A DNA stretch of 32,000 bases, from the NCBI GenBank assembly GCA_023480925.1, contig JAMCWY010000003.1, forward strand, positions 13,104 to 45,103. Reading direction: 5' to 3'. The notes under the pieces are model-generated. The model made no database searches, was not told the origin of the DNA, and worked only from the letters and a program-made list of their open reading frames with translations. This DNA is from Patescibacteria group bacterium. Lineage in GTDB: Bacteria > Patescibacteriota > Minisyncoccia > UBA6257 > HR35. Below, in pieces: positions 1 to 9,143 of the stretch. Positions within the stretch are counted from its first letter, which is position 1, and each line of letters begins with the position of its first letter. Made by a program: the position numbers and the translations under genes.

Positions 1-816
1 AAGTCGGAGACGGTTGAAAATGTTGAAGAAATTCAGCATAGCATAGCGAAAGAAATTTTAAAATTTATCGGCATTGACAAATGTATAGAAATAAGTTCGG
101 TCGCCGACATACCGGCCGGGACCGGTTTGGGTTCATCGAGTTGTTATGCTGTGGGACTTTTGCACGCTCTGCATGCTTTAAAAAGAGATTACGTGCCGTT
201 AGATAAATTAGCGGATGAGGATTTTAAAATCGAAGCGGAAATTTTAGGCAGACCAATAGGGAAGCAAGATCCTTATATGGCCGCCATCGGCGGATTAACT
301 GTTTTGGATATAGACCAAGAAGGAGGAGTTAAAGCAAGGAAAGCTAATATTTCGTACGAGGCGGCCAACGCTCTCAATGGTAATATGCTTGTGTTTTTTA
401 CCGGTTTGACCAGGAGCGCGGACGAGATATTAGTTGAGCAAAAGAAAGCGATTAATGAAGAAAAAAAGGATGTTCTTGAAAGTATGCATTATATTAAAGA
501 ACTCGGTTACAAAATATTAGAAGCGGTTGAATCGGAAAATATTGCCGACGTGGGCAAGCTATTTGATACCCACTGGCAATATAAGAAAAAAATTTCAAAC
601 AAGATGTCAAATGAAAGATTTGATAAAATTTACAGAATCGCTAAAGAAAACGGCGCCTTGGGCGGAAAAATTTCCGGTGCGGGCGGGGGAGGATTTTTTA
701 CTTTTTACGTGGAAAATAACCATAAAAAGTTTAGAGAAGTGATGAAAGATTTAAACCTGCGAGAAATGAGATATCGTTTTGACTTTGAAGGTTCGAAGGT
801 TTTAATTGATTTTTAA
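1..816 (+). CDS. hddA: GHMP-family sugar kinase, D-glycero-D-manno-heptose 7-phosphate kinase-like. The 5' end lies outside the window.
   Basis: Frame 1 is open from base 1 (KSETVENVEE...). It carries the GHMP motif PAGTGLGSSS, plus GKQDPYMAAIGG and a C-terminal GAGGGGF. It is clustered with gmhA, gmhB and a nucleotidyltransferase. Confidence 0.7.
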   Translation, partial: KSETVENVEEIQHSIAKEILKFIGIDKCIEISSVADIPAGTGLGSSSCYAVGLLHALHALKRDYVPLDKLADEDFKIEAEILGRPIGKQDPYMAAIGGLTVLDIDQEGGVKARKANISYEAANALNGNMLVFFTGLTRSADEILVEQKKAINEEKKDVLESMHYIKELGYKILEAVESENIADVGKLFDTHWQYKKKISNKMSNERFDKIYRIAKENGALGGKISGAGGGGFFTFYVENNHKKFREVMKDLNLREMRYRFDFEGSKVLIDF

Positions 817-826
817 ATTTGGAATA

Positions 827-1654
827 ATGACGTTAAAAAATAAAGTGGCTGTGGTAACCGGCGGATCGGGTGGCATAGGTAAGGTCGTGGCGGAAGTATT
901 AGTTAAAAACGGCGCGACCGTTATAATTATTGGTAAAAAACAAAAAAAGTTGAAAGGAGTCGTTAATTCTTTTGAAGAAAAGGGATTTAAGATTGATTGC
1001 GAAAAATGCGATATTTCTAATGTGTCAGAAGTCAGTCGCGTCGTCATAAAAATTATCGCGCTTTTAAAAAGAATAGATATTTTGGTAAACTGCGCCGGCG
1101 TTCAATCGCCCATCGGTCCGTTTGTTGATAATACTTTTTTGGCTTGGGAAAAAAATATCAAGGTTAACTTGTTGGGGACGGTCTTAATGTCTAAAAAAGT
1201 TATTCCTTATATGATAAAAAGAAAAAGTGGTTATATTATCAATTTTGCCGGCGGCGGCGCGACCTCGTCTCGGCCTAATTTTTCAGCCTACGCCGCGGCC
1301 AAAACGGCGATCGTGCGGTTTACCGAAGTTTTGGCTGATGAGGTTAGACGATACAACATTAATGTAAACGCTGTCTCGCCGGGCGCGGTTAACACCAAAA
1401 TGACCGAAGAAGTTTTAAAAGTTGGAATGAAAGCCGGTTTAAAAGAATTGACCGATGTTAAAAGACGAATCAAAGAAGGCGGAACGTCGCCGGAGCTTGT
1501 GGCTAATCTGATTGTTTTTTTATCGTCGGCTAAATCAAAAGGATTATCAGGAAGATTGATTAGCGCCGTTTGGGACAAATGGCAAGAGTGGGATGCAAAA
1601 GCTATTAGAGAAATAATGAAAAGCGATAAATACACATTAAGAAGAATTAAGTAA
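827..1654 (+). CDS. Short-chain dehydrogenase/reductase (SDR) family oxidoreductase.
   Basis: It has the Rossmann motif TGGSGGIG, an NCAG motif and the catalytic YAAAK. ATG 827 is preferred over TTG 806, which overlaps the upstream stop codon. Confidence 0.8.
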   Translation: MTLKNKVAVVTGGSGGIGKVVAEVLVKNGATVIIIGKKQKKLKGVVNSFEEKGFKIDCEKCDISNVSEVSRVVIKIIALLKRIDILVNCAGVQSPIGPFVDNTFLAWEKNIKVNLLGTVLMSKKVIPYMIKRKSGYIINFAGGGATSSRPNFSAYAAAKTAIVRFTEVLADEVRRYNINVNAVSPGAVNTKMTEEVLKVGMKAGLKELTDVKRRIKEGGTSPELVANLIVFLSSAKSKGLSGRLISAVWDKWQEWDAKAIREIMKSDKYTLRRIK

Positions 1655-1655
1655 A

Positions 1656-2678
1656 ATGTCAGAAATAAATATTAAGAATATGGGCGTTGGTATTGTCGGT
1701 GCTGGCTTAATTGGTTGGAGACGAGCGGAAGTAATTAAGGCGTCGAAAAAAGGCAAACTTTTAGTGGTCACAGACGCTGATTTTGAAAAAGCCAAAAAAT
1801 TAGCGGAAAAATATAATTGCCAAGCGTGTCAAAGTTGGTCGGACCTTCTTAAGAAGGAAGACGTAAAAATTGTTATTGTCGCCGTGCCAAATAAATTTGC
1901 CGCGCCAATTTCAATCGCCGCGTTAAAGAAAAACAAACATGTTTTTTGCGAAAAACCGCTTGGCCGAAACGCGAATGAAGCAAAAAAAGTTTTGACGGCC
2001 GTAAAAAAATACAAAAAAGTTTTTAAGGTCGGTTTTAATCATCGTTTTCACGCGGCCGTCGCTCAAGCAAAAAAAATTTTTGACGAAGGCGGGATAGGAA
2101 AACTTATGTTCATTCGCGCTCGATATGGTTACGGCGGCAGGTTCGGGATGGAAAAAGAATGGCGAATGGACAAAAATATTTCCGGCGGCGGCGAACTGTT
2201 GGATCAAGGTGTTCATATTATTGATCTGGTGCGATGGTTCGGCGGCGAACCAAAAAAAGTGTACGGTTTAGTCCAAACCAAATTTTGGCAAACTCAGGTT
2301 GACGATAACGCCTTCGTGATTATGTCGAATGATAATGTTACGGCGGAGTTTCATGTCAGTTCGACTAATTGGAAGAATATATTTTCCTTCGAAATTTTCG
2401 GAGACAAAGGTTATTTGGAGATAAGCGGCAAGGGTGGTAGCTACGGTGAAGAAATTCTTATTTGGGGCAGAAGAAGAAAAAAATTCGGAGTGCCAAAAAT
2501 AAAAATTTTTAAATTTGGAAAAGATATTAGTTGGGAGCGAGAATGGTTAAATTTTTTTAACGGAATAGTCAAGAAAACTAAGATTAATGGTGATACCAAC
2601 GACGGTTATGCCGCCAATAAAATCGTTGAAGCAATTTATAAATCAGCTATAATGAAAAAAGTCGTTGATTTAAATTAA
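1656..2678 (+). CDS. Gfo/Idh/MocA-family NAD(P)-dependent sugar oxidoreductase.
   Basis: The N-terminus has the dinucleotide fold IVGAGLIG. The CEKPL (EKP) motif and the 340-aa length are typical of the family. Confidence 0.75.
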   Translation: MSEINIKNMGVGIVGAGLIGWRRAEVIKASKKGKLLVVTDADFEKAKKLAEKYNCQACQSWSDLLKKEDVKIVIVAVPNKFAAPISIAALKKNKHVFCEKPLGRNANEAKKVLTAVKKYKKVFKVGFNHRFHAAVAQAKKIFDEGGIGKLMFIRARYGYGGRFGMEKEWRMDKNISGGGELLDQGVHIIDLVRWFGGEPKKVYGLVQTKFWQTQVDDNAFVIMSNDNVTAEFHVSSTNWKNIFSFEIFGDKGYLEISGKGGSYGEEILIWGRRRKKFGVPKIKIFKFGKDISWEREWLNFFNGIVKKTKINGDTNDGYAANKIVEAIYKSAIMKKVVDLN

Positions 2679-2698
2679 CAGTTTATAATTTTTAGATT

Positions 2699-3406
2699 AT
2701 GAACGATTTAAAAATAAAAATATTCGGCGACGGCGCGGATAAGTCAAGTATGCTTGATTTGTATCAGAAGCCGTACATTAAAGGTTTCACCACTAATCCG
2801 ACGTTAATGAGAAAGGCCGGCATTGAAAATTATGAAGCGTTCGCCAAGGATATTCTTTCTTTAATTAAAGATCGTCCCGTTTCTTTTGAGGTTTTTTCCG
2901 ATGAGTTTTCGGAAATGGAAAGGCAGGCTAAAATCATAGCGAGTTGGGCTAAAAATGTTTATGTCAAAATACCGATTACTAACACGAAAGGCTTGAGTTC
3001 TTTTGAAGTTGTAAAAAATTTATCCAATGATGGAATCAAATTGAACATCACGGCGATTTTCACTCCAAAACAAGTTAAACATATCGCCGCCGCCTTGGCC
3101 TCGGGCGTGCCATCGATTATTTCCGTTTTTGCCGGTCGAGTCGCCGACACCGGCGTTGATCCAGTGCCGTTAATGAAAGAATGTAAAGAAATATTGAAAG
3201 ATTATCCGGACGCCGAACTTTTGTGGGCTAGTCCGAGAGAGCTTTTAAATATATTCCAGGCTGATCAGATTGGTTGTGATATTATTACGGTTACACCCGA
3301 TGTCTTAAAGAAACTTGATAGTGTTGGCTATGATTTGGAAAAATTTTCCATTGATACGGTCAAAATGTTTTTTGACGACGGTCAGAAAGCCGGTTATAAA
3401 CTTTAA
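2699..3406 (+). CDS. Transaldolase / fructose-6-phosphate aldolase family protein (short TalC/FSA type).
   Basis: It carries the GFTTNPTL motif, a Schiff-base lysine context (VYVKIP) and is 235 aa long. Confidence 0.8.
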   Translation: MNDLKIKIFGDGADKSSMLDLYQKPYIKGFTTNPTLMRKAGIENYEAFAKDILSLIKDRPVSFEVFSDEFSEMERQAKIIASWAKNVYVKIPITNTKGLSSFEVVKNLSNDGIKLNITAIFTPKQVKHIAAALASGVPSIISVFAGRVADTGVDPVPLMKECKEILKDYPDAELLWASPRELLNIFQADQIGCDIITVTPDVLKKLDSVGYDLEKFSIDTVKMFFDDGQKAGYKL

Positions 3407-3429
3407 TTTTAATTAATCTCTAAGATAAA

Positions 3430-4032
3430 ATGGACAATTACATCGATTCTTATTTCGAAGAAGTAAAAAAAATAGCCGATAATATTGATAAAAGCTCCAT
3501 TAAAAAAGTTATTGATATTTTAAAAAATATTCGATCTAATAGCGGTCGTTTGTATATTATTGGCGTTGGCGGAAGCGCTGGCAGCGCTAGTCATGCCGTC
3601 AACGATTTTAGAAAGTTGGCTGGGATCGAAGCTTACGCGCCAACGGATAATGTTTCCGAGTTGACCGCGAGAACCAATGACGAGGGCTGGCAAACTATTT
3701 TTTCCGAATGGCTTAAAGGAAGCAAATTAAACAATAATGACGTTATTTTAGTTTTATCCGTTGGTGGCGGCAACGAAGAAAAGAATATCAGTCCGAATAT
3801 AGTCGAAGCTCTTAAGCTGGCGAAAGATGTCGGCGCTAAAATTATCGGCATCGTCAGCCGAGACGGCGGCTACACTAAAAAAGTCGCTGACGCCTGCGTT
3901 CTTATCCCGGTTGTCAATGATAAGGCAATAACGCCTCACGCCGAATCATTTCAGGCTGTTGTTTGGCATTTAATTGTTTTCCATCCGGATTTTCAGTTGA
4001 ACTCGGGTAAATGGGAATCGATCAAAAAATAA
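3430..4032 (+). CDS. gmhA: SIS-domain sedoheptulose 7-phosphate isomerase (phosphoheptose isomerase).
   Basis: It has the SIS loop GVGGSAGSASH, is 200 aa long and lies next to gmhB. Confidence 0.7.
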   Translation: MDNYIDSYFEEVKKIADNIDKSSIKKVIDILKNIRSNSGRLYIIGVGGSAGSASHAVNDFRKLAGIEAYAPTDNVSELTARTNDEGWQTIFSEWLKGSKLNNNDVILVLSVGGGNEEKNISPNIVEALKLAKDVGAKIIGIVSRDGGYTKKVADACVLIPVVNDKAITPHAESFQAVVWHLIVFHPDFQLNSGKWESIKK

Positions 4033-4598
4033 AAATTCAGAAAAGAGCGGTTTTTCTTGATCAAGATGGAACCGTGATTAAACATGTAGATTTACTTATT
4101 GACGTTAAAGACATTAAAATACTTCCCGGCGTCGTGACCGCCATTAGACGACTTCGTCAATTAGGTTTTTTGGTTATAGTGATTACGAATCAACCAGTAG
4201 TGGCAAGAGGATTAATTTCTGAAAATGGCGTAAAAGTATTAGAAAAAAGAATTTCTTGGTTGTTATCTCAAAAGGGAGTTCTTGTTGACGATTTTTTCTT
4301 TTGTCCTCATCATCCCGAGGCAACTTTGAAAAAATATCGGGTGAAATGTCAATGTCGAAAACCGGCGCCAGGAATGATTTTAAAAGCTGCCAAGAGATAC
4401 AACATAGATTTGAAAAACAGCTTTATGGTGGGCGATGCCTTAATAGATAGCGTTACTGGCCATCGAGCCGGGGTTAAAACTATTCTTGTCAAAACCGGTC
4501 CGGGTCATTCCAAATTGGACAAAATATATAAAGAAGAAAAGCCAGATAAAGTCGTTAAAAAAATTTACGAGGCGGTAAAGCTTATATGCGAAAAATAA
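4011..4598 (+). CDS. gmhB: D,D-heptose 1,7-bisphosphate phosphatase (HAD-IIIA).
   Basis: It has the HAD motif I DQDGT, the Zn-binding insert CPHHP...CQCRKPAPGM and a GD motif. There is no other start codon before motif I, so it overlaps gmhA by 22 nt. Confidence 0.8.
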   Translation: MGIDQKIKIQKRAVFLDQDGTVIKHVDLLIDVKDIKILPGVVTAIRRLRQLGFLVIVITNQPVVARGLISENGVKVLEKRISWLLSQKGVLVDDFFFCPHHPEATLKKYRVKCQCRKPAPGMILKAAKRYNIDLKNSFMVGDALIDSVTGHRAGVKTILVKTGPGHSKLDKIYKEEKPDKVVKKIYEAVKLICEK

Positions 4599-5317
4599 AT
4601 CAAGCTGTTATTCTTTGCGCTGGTCTGGGGACGCGCCTGCGTCCGCTAACTGACAATATGCCGAAACCGATGGTGCCAATTCTGGGTAAGCCGATGCTTT
4701 TATGGAATATAGAGCAGTTTAAGAAATACGGCGTTATTAATTTTAAAATAAATTTATATCATCTTCCCGACGTGATTAAAAATTATTTCGGCGATGGCTC
4801 TAAATTTGGAGTAAAGATTGAATATAGTTTTGAAAAAGAAATTTTAGGCACGGCCGGCGCCCTGGGCGAATTTGACAAAAAGCTAGATGATTTTTTCTTT
4901 TTGATTTACGGCGATGTTGTTAGTTTTATTGATTACAATAAGATGGCGGTTAAATTTTTTGGGTTGGAAAAACCTATTGGCATGCAGCGAGTTGGGCTTA
5001 CGTCAAATTATGGCGACGCGAATGTGGCCGAACTCGACCACAATAATAAATTTGTGACTGTATATATAAAGCCTCATTCGGAAATTTATTCTAATGCGTA
5101 TCGAATGAGGGGTTCATTTATTTTCAGTAAAAAAGTCTTGAATTATATCGAAAAAGGAAAATGTTCAGAAATAAGTAAAAATTTGTTGCCCAAACTTATT
5201 GAAAATGATGAAAATTTTTACGGCTATGAGTGTGATGAATTTTCAAAGGGCGTGGATACGATCGATAAATTAAATGAGGTCGAAGATTACATCAGAAATA
5301 ATCATATGATTATATGA
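4586..5317 (+). CDS. hddC: Sugar-1-phosphate nucleotidyltransferase, heptose-1-phosphate guanylyltransferase-like.
   Basis: The N-terminal signature is CAGLGTRLRPLT...KPMVP. It overlaps gmhB by 13 nt. Confidence 0.7.
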   Translation: MRKINQAVILCAGLGTRLRPLTDNMPKPMVPILGKPMLLWNIEQFKKYGVINFKINLYHLPDVIKNYFGDGSKFGVKIEYSFEKEILGTAGALGEFDKKLDDFFFLIYGDVVSFIDYNKMAVKFFGLEKPIGMQRVGLTSNYGDANVAELDHNNKFVTVYIKPHSEIYSNAYRMRGSFIFSKKVLNYIEKGKCSEISKNLLPKLIENDENFYGYECDEFSKGVDTIDKLNEVEDYIRNNHMII

Positions 5318-6153
5318 ATGATATTGGTCTTTTTAGGGTGACAGTGCTTATAGCTACTTGGAATCGAAAAGACTTGATTGGAAAAGCGATAGAGAGTGTT
5401 TTGCAACAGTCTTTTCCATCGTGGGAATTAATTGTAATAGACGATGGTTCCACGGATGGCACAGAAGAAGTGGTTGCTAAATATATTTTTCGTGATTCAA
5501 GAGTGAAATATATTAAGATTGATCATATTGGAAGGATTGCTGTGGTCTCTAATCGTGGTTTACGATTGGCGGTCGGCGATTATATCGCCATATTGGATGA
5601 TGATGATGTTTGGATAGATGAAGATAAATTAAAAAAACAGGTTGATTTTTTGGATAAAAATCAACTTTATGTTGGTTGCGGCGGCGGCATGATTGGAGTT
5701 GATCGGGCTGGCAACGGAATGTTTAGATCTTTAAAACCTGAGAGTGACGCTGAAATAAAAAAAAGAGCTTTGTGCGCAAATCCAATGATTAATTCCGCGA
5801 CGATGTTTAGAAGAAGTATCGCTGAAAAAATTGGATTTTATGATGAAACCTTATCGCAGTTCGCCGATTGGGATTTCTGGTTGAAAATTGGAACGATGGG
5901 GAAGTTGTATAATTTTCAGGAATACTTCGTGTTATATCTTGTCTGGGATAAGAGCAGTTCTTTTACTAAACAAAAAGAAAACGCGCGATCGGCGTTAACA
6001 ATAGTGAAAAAATATAGAAAAATTTATCCAAATTTTAAAGTAGCCTTCGTCTTGGCTGTTTTATATAGAAGTTATACGTTCATACCGGCAAGCGTTAGAA
6101 GATTTTTGAATCCAATATTTTCCATTGCCAAAAAAAAAATTTTTTCTAAATAG
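5314..6153 (+). CDS. Family 2 glycosyltransferase (GT-A fold).
   Basis: Motifs present are LIATWNR, IDDGSTDGT and DDDD (DxD). It has an ATGA overlap with the upstream gene. Confidence 0.8.
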   Translation: MNDIGLFRVTVLIATWNRKDLIGKAIESVLQQSFPSWELIVIDDGSTDGTEEVVAKYIFRDSRVKYIKIDHIGRIAVVSNRGLRLAVGDYIAILDDDDVWIDEDKLKKQVDFLDKNQLYVGCGGGMIGVDRAGNGMFRSLKPESDAEIKKRALCANPMINSATMFRRSIAEKIGFYDETLSQFADWDFWLKIGTMGKLYNFQEYFVLYLVWDKSSSFTKQKENARSALTIVKKYRKIYPNFKVAFVLAVLYRSYTFIPASVRRFLNPIFSIAKKKIFSK

Positions 6154-6266
6154 TTAATAATTTTATCCCAGTCGTGGCGAGGGCCGTTTTGTTCAGTTTG
6201 GCCCCGAGACTTTTGTGTTAAAATAATTTAAATGTCGTTAGAGCGGGGTAAAATTCGATTGGGAGA

Positions 6267-6473
6267 ATGAAAAAAGAGCTGGTTGAAGGCCGGGTGCTTG
6301 AGAGTTTGCCCGCCGCTTCTTTCCGCGTTGAGTTAAGCGATGGTCGGGAAATTTTGGCTTATTTGGCCGGCCGGATGCGTTTGCATTATATCAAGATTGT
6401 CGCCGGGGACGCGGTTACGATCGAACTTTCCCCCTACGATCAAAATCGGGGCAGGATTATTAAACGAAAATAA
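6267..6473 (+). CDS. infA: Translation initiation factor IF-1.
   Basis: This is a 68-aa S1-fold protein with the pattern [30 protein letters not shown]. Confidence 0.95.
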   Translation: MKKELVEGRVLESLPAASFRVELSDGREILAYLAGRMRLHYIKIVAGDAVTIELSPYDQNRGRIIKRK

Positions 6474-6526
6474 TTAGTCGTTTGAACTTTTGAAATTAAT
6501 TTAAAATTTTATTGAAATATAAGGCA

Positions 6527-6640
6527 ATGAAAGTTTCCGCCGTGGTTAAAAAAAGATGTTTAAAGTGCAAGGTCGTCCGTCGAAAAAAACGTTTGTACGT
6601 GATTTGCTCGAACCCTCGGCATAAACAAAGACAAGGTTAA
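6527..6640 (+). CDS. rpmJ: 50S ribosomal protein L36.
   Basis: It is absent from the ORF track because it is shorter than 60 aa. It runs from ATG 6527 to TAA 6638-6640 and encodes [37 protein letters not shown], with the CxxC...C...H zinc knuckle. It lies directly after infA. Confidence 0.9.
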   Translation: MKVSAVVKKRCLKCKVVRRKKRLYVICSNPRHKQRQG

Positions 6641-6709
6641 TGGCAATCGGGACAAGTTCGATTTTGTTTTGGCTAAGGTTTTAAAAATAGAAGCGGCTGG
6701 CTTTAATTA

Positions 6710-7543
6710 ATGAGAAGAAGTCTGATTTTTTATTTAAGCTTGGCGGCGATCGCCATTGTTTTGTTATTAAGTTTTTTAATTTTTTATCTTGAGCAAAAGG
6801 CCGCTCGAAGTTTGGCCGAGAACGGCGTCAACAATAAAACCGGATTAACCAAAGTTGATTCGAGCCAGGCTCAAAAAAATCCGACGGTCGTTCAGGTTAA
6901 TTTTCAGACCGATGATGGCGTTAATATTGTCGGCGATTATTACGATAATCCAGCGGCAAAGTTCGTCGGCATTGTCGCGCCGATGTTTCGAGCCGATCGA
7001 AAAGCTTACGCTGATTTTTGCCGCCGGCTTCAAGCAAATGGTTATAGCGTTTTGGCGATCGATTGGCGCGGTCAGGGCGCGAGCGTTGATTCGTCCAAGG
7101 GCAAACTTAATTATCAAAATTTTAGTCAGGCTGATTTTCAGAACGCGATTTTTGATTTGGAAGCGGCGAGTAAGTTTTTACGCGGCAAAGGCTTCCAAAC
7201 TAATAACCAATTTTTAATCGGCAGCGGCTTGGGCGCGAACTTAGTTTTGAAATTTTTAGGCGGCAATAATAACTTCCGCTTGGCTGTTTTGGTCGCGCCG
7301 CGATTGAATGACTCAAGAGTCAAAATTGAATCTCTGATTGATCCGGGTCTTGGCCCGAAATTAATTTTGGTCGTTTCCGCCTCGGACAGCGCCGCCGTCG
7401 AGGCAGTGACGTTTTTGAACCAGAAAATGCCAGGTAGCCAAACAATAATTTATCCAAGCGGCAATGATAGCCGAGGCCAATTTTTGGACGATCCCGGTTT
7501 ATCTGATAAAATTATAATGTGGCTTAAGACTAAGTTGTTCTAA
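6710..7543 (+). CDS. Membrane-anchored alpha/beta-hydrolase-fold protein.
   Basis: It has an N-terminal TM helix (LIFYLSLAAIAIVLLLSFLIFYL) and alpha/beta-hydrolase-like spacing. The nucleophile elbow reads IGSGLG, which is not a canonical GxSxG. Confidence 0.5.
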   Translation: MRRSLIFYLSLAAIAIVLLLSFLIFYLEQKAARSLAENGVNNKTGLTKVDSSQAQKNPTVVQVNFQTDDGVNIVGDYYDNPAAKFVGIVAPMFRADRKAYADFCRRLQANGYSVLAIDWRGQGASVDSSKGKLNYQNFSQADFQNAIFDLEAASKFLRGKGFQTNNQFLIGSGLGANLVLKFLGGNNNFRLAVLVAPRLNDSRVKIESLIDPGLGPKLILVVSASDSAAVEAVTFLNQKMPGSQTIIYPSGNDSRGQFLDDPGLSDKIIMWLKTKLF

Positions 7544-7598
7544 ACAAGCGAGGACTTTTTCTTTCGCCTCGAAGTCGTTTTTTAAATTAGATTAAGTT

Positions 7599-7790
7599 AT
7601 GGACCAAAAATTTCAGGGCGGCGGCACTTACAAGCCACGTCAAGGGGAAGAATGGCTCTGCGCTAAATGCGGTCAGGCAATCGAAAGTTTGCCTTTTGAC
7701 CCGCGCCGAAACGATGACGGTTCTTTGAAGGGCGCCATCTATCATCGTGAATGTTTACCGCCGCGGCCGCCTCGACATCAATTCAACTAA
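7599..7790 (+). CDS. Hypothetical small Cys/His protein, possibly a zinc ribbon.
   Basis: It is 63 aa long with CAKCG...HRECLPPRPPRH. Its G+C is higher than the surrounding spacers, and a terminator hairpin follows it. Confidence 0.4.
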   Translation: MDQKFQGGGTYKPRQGEEWLCAKCGQAIESLPFDPRRNDDGSLKGAIYHRECLPPRPPRHQFN

Positions 7791-7820
7791 GATAATCCGT
7801 TTAGAAAGTTTGAATTTGAA

Positions 7821-7860
7821 ATTGTCTTCTTTTCTTCGGAGGAGAAGACAATTTTATTTG
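7821..7860. terminator. Bidirectional intrinsic terminator between convergent genes.
   Basis: A perfect 10-bp stem forms between ATTGTCTTCT (7821-7830) and AGAAGACAAT (7843-7852). It is followed by TTTTATTT on the + strand. Confidence 0.7.
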
Positions 7861-7910
7861 AATTATCTTTTGAGCCAGATCGATTAAAAAATAAACAGCC
7901 GAAGATAATT

Positions 7911-8594
7911 TTATTTGTAATAAATTCGATTGTCAATGCGAAGATCGATTTCTTCGAAACGATTATTTTTTTCGTAATCAAGAAAAGCATCGAGCTTGTT
8001 CAGTTGTTGGTCAAGATTGACGTTCGGATCGATTAAAAAATAGGCGGTTGAGCCGAGATGAGGGAAAAAAAATTGCAAGTCGCCATTGCTCATAATTTTA
8101 GCTTGGCTCAGAGGCAATTTTTTGTTTTGACTAAAATTAAAAACTTTACTTAAGGCTTGGCTGAGGTTGGCTTTAAGGTTTGAGTTGGGGTAGATGGTCA
8201 GTCTGGTTCGGATTGGAAAAAGATTAGACGGTTGGTTTTGACTGGATTTTTCAAAGATATAATCGCGGTTGCCAAGATAATAACATTTCTGGTCGCAGAT
8301 TAAGGCGATCGGCGCTTCCGTTTCAATTTTCGTTTCCAAATTAAAGTTGACCCAGTTTGGGCTGAAGGTGATTCGGGTCGCGTCCGGGACGATTTTGAAA
8401 ATTTGGTTGGCGAGGCTGCGGCGGAAAAAGATTAATTGAAAAAGAGTTTGATTAGGCAAGTGAATATTAAGATTAGTCGAAACTTCGAATTTGATCCAAA
8501 AGAGCGAAAAAACCAGAAGAAAAGCGAGAATAAGGCCAAGAATAATATTGAGATTCGGTTTTGACCTGGTTCGTGATTTTTTTCTAATGACCAT
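7911..8594 (-). CDS. FtsQ/DivIB-like cell-division protein (bitopic membrane protein).
   Basis: It has a basic N-terminus followed by one TM helix (NIILGLILAFLLVFSLFWI). The C-terminal ...EEIDLRIDNRIYYK resembles the FtsQ-family end motif. Confidence 0.4.
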   Translation of the reverse strand: MVIRKKSRTRSKPNLNIILGLILAFLLVFSLFWIKFEVSTNLNIHLPNQTLFQLIFFRRSLANQIFKIVPDATRITFSPNWVNFNLETKIETEAPIALICDQKCYYLGNRDYIFEKSSQNQPSNLFPIRTRLTIYPNSNLKANLSQALSKVFNFSQNKKLPLSQAKIMSNGDLQFFFPHLGSTAYFLIDPNVNLDQQLNKLDAFLDYEKNNRFEEIDLRIDNRIYYK

Positions 8595-8615
8595 TATTAA
8601 AAATCAATTTTTAAA

Positions 8616-9029
8616 TTAAGATAGACCCAATTTTTTCGCCACGTTCGGATCAAGATCGGTCGTAAAGTATGATCGGAGTTCTTCCGGTTTAACCCATTTG
8701 ATTTTTTCTATTTCATCTGTTTCTTGCGGTTTCTGGATCTGATTACTTTTTTCTAAATTACAAATAAAATAACAAATAATTTTTGTAAATTGGGGGTGGA
8801 TTCTTAAAGAAATCTGTTTGACCGCTTTGATCTTATAGCCAGTTTCAGCCAAAATTTCTCTTTCAACTGTTTTTGCTCTTGTTTCACCCGCTTCTTGCTT
8901 TCCGCCCGGGAAAACCCAAGTAAGCGGTGCTCCGTCTTTTCCTTTTTCGACAACCTTTCTTTTGACAATTAAAACTTCGCCATTTTTATTTCTAACTATG
9001 CCAAGATTGACGAGGTTGGTTTCTGCCAT
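8616..9029 (-). CDS. NUDIX hydrolase.
   Basis: The Nudix box is GGKQEAGETRAKTVEREILAETG. Confidence 0.85.
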   Translation of the reverse strand: MAETNLVNLGIVRNKNGEVLIVKRKVVEKGKDGAPLTWVFPGGKQEAGETRAKTVEREILAETGYKIKAVKQISLRIHPQFTKIICYFICNLEKSNQIQKPQETDEIEKIKWVKPEELRSYFTTDLDPNVAKKLGLS

Positions 9030-9143
9030 TAAGCTTATTATAATAGATATAGGCTTGAAGAATTAAATCAAACCACTTATGTTTTTTGACCATTCTGATT
9101 CGAGGAAGATTTTTTATATAATTCTTTAATTAGTTTAATTAAA

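Noticed and set aside
7787-7990. A 67-aa minus-strand ORF spans the terminator and the 3' end of the FtsQ-like gene.
   Set aside because: It overlaps the better-supported 227-aa ORF and runs through the terminator hairpin. Its sequence is low-complexity.
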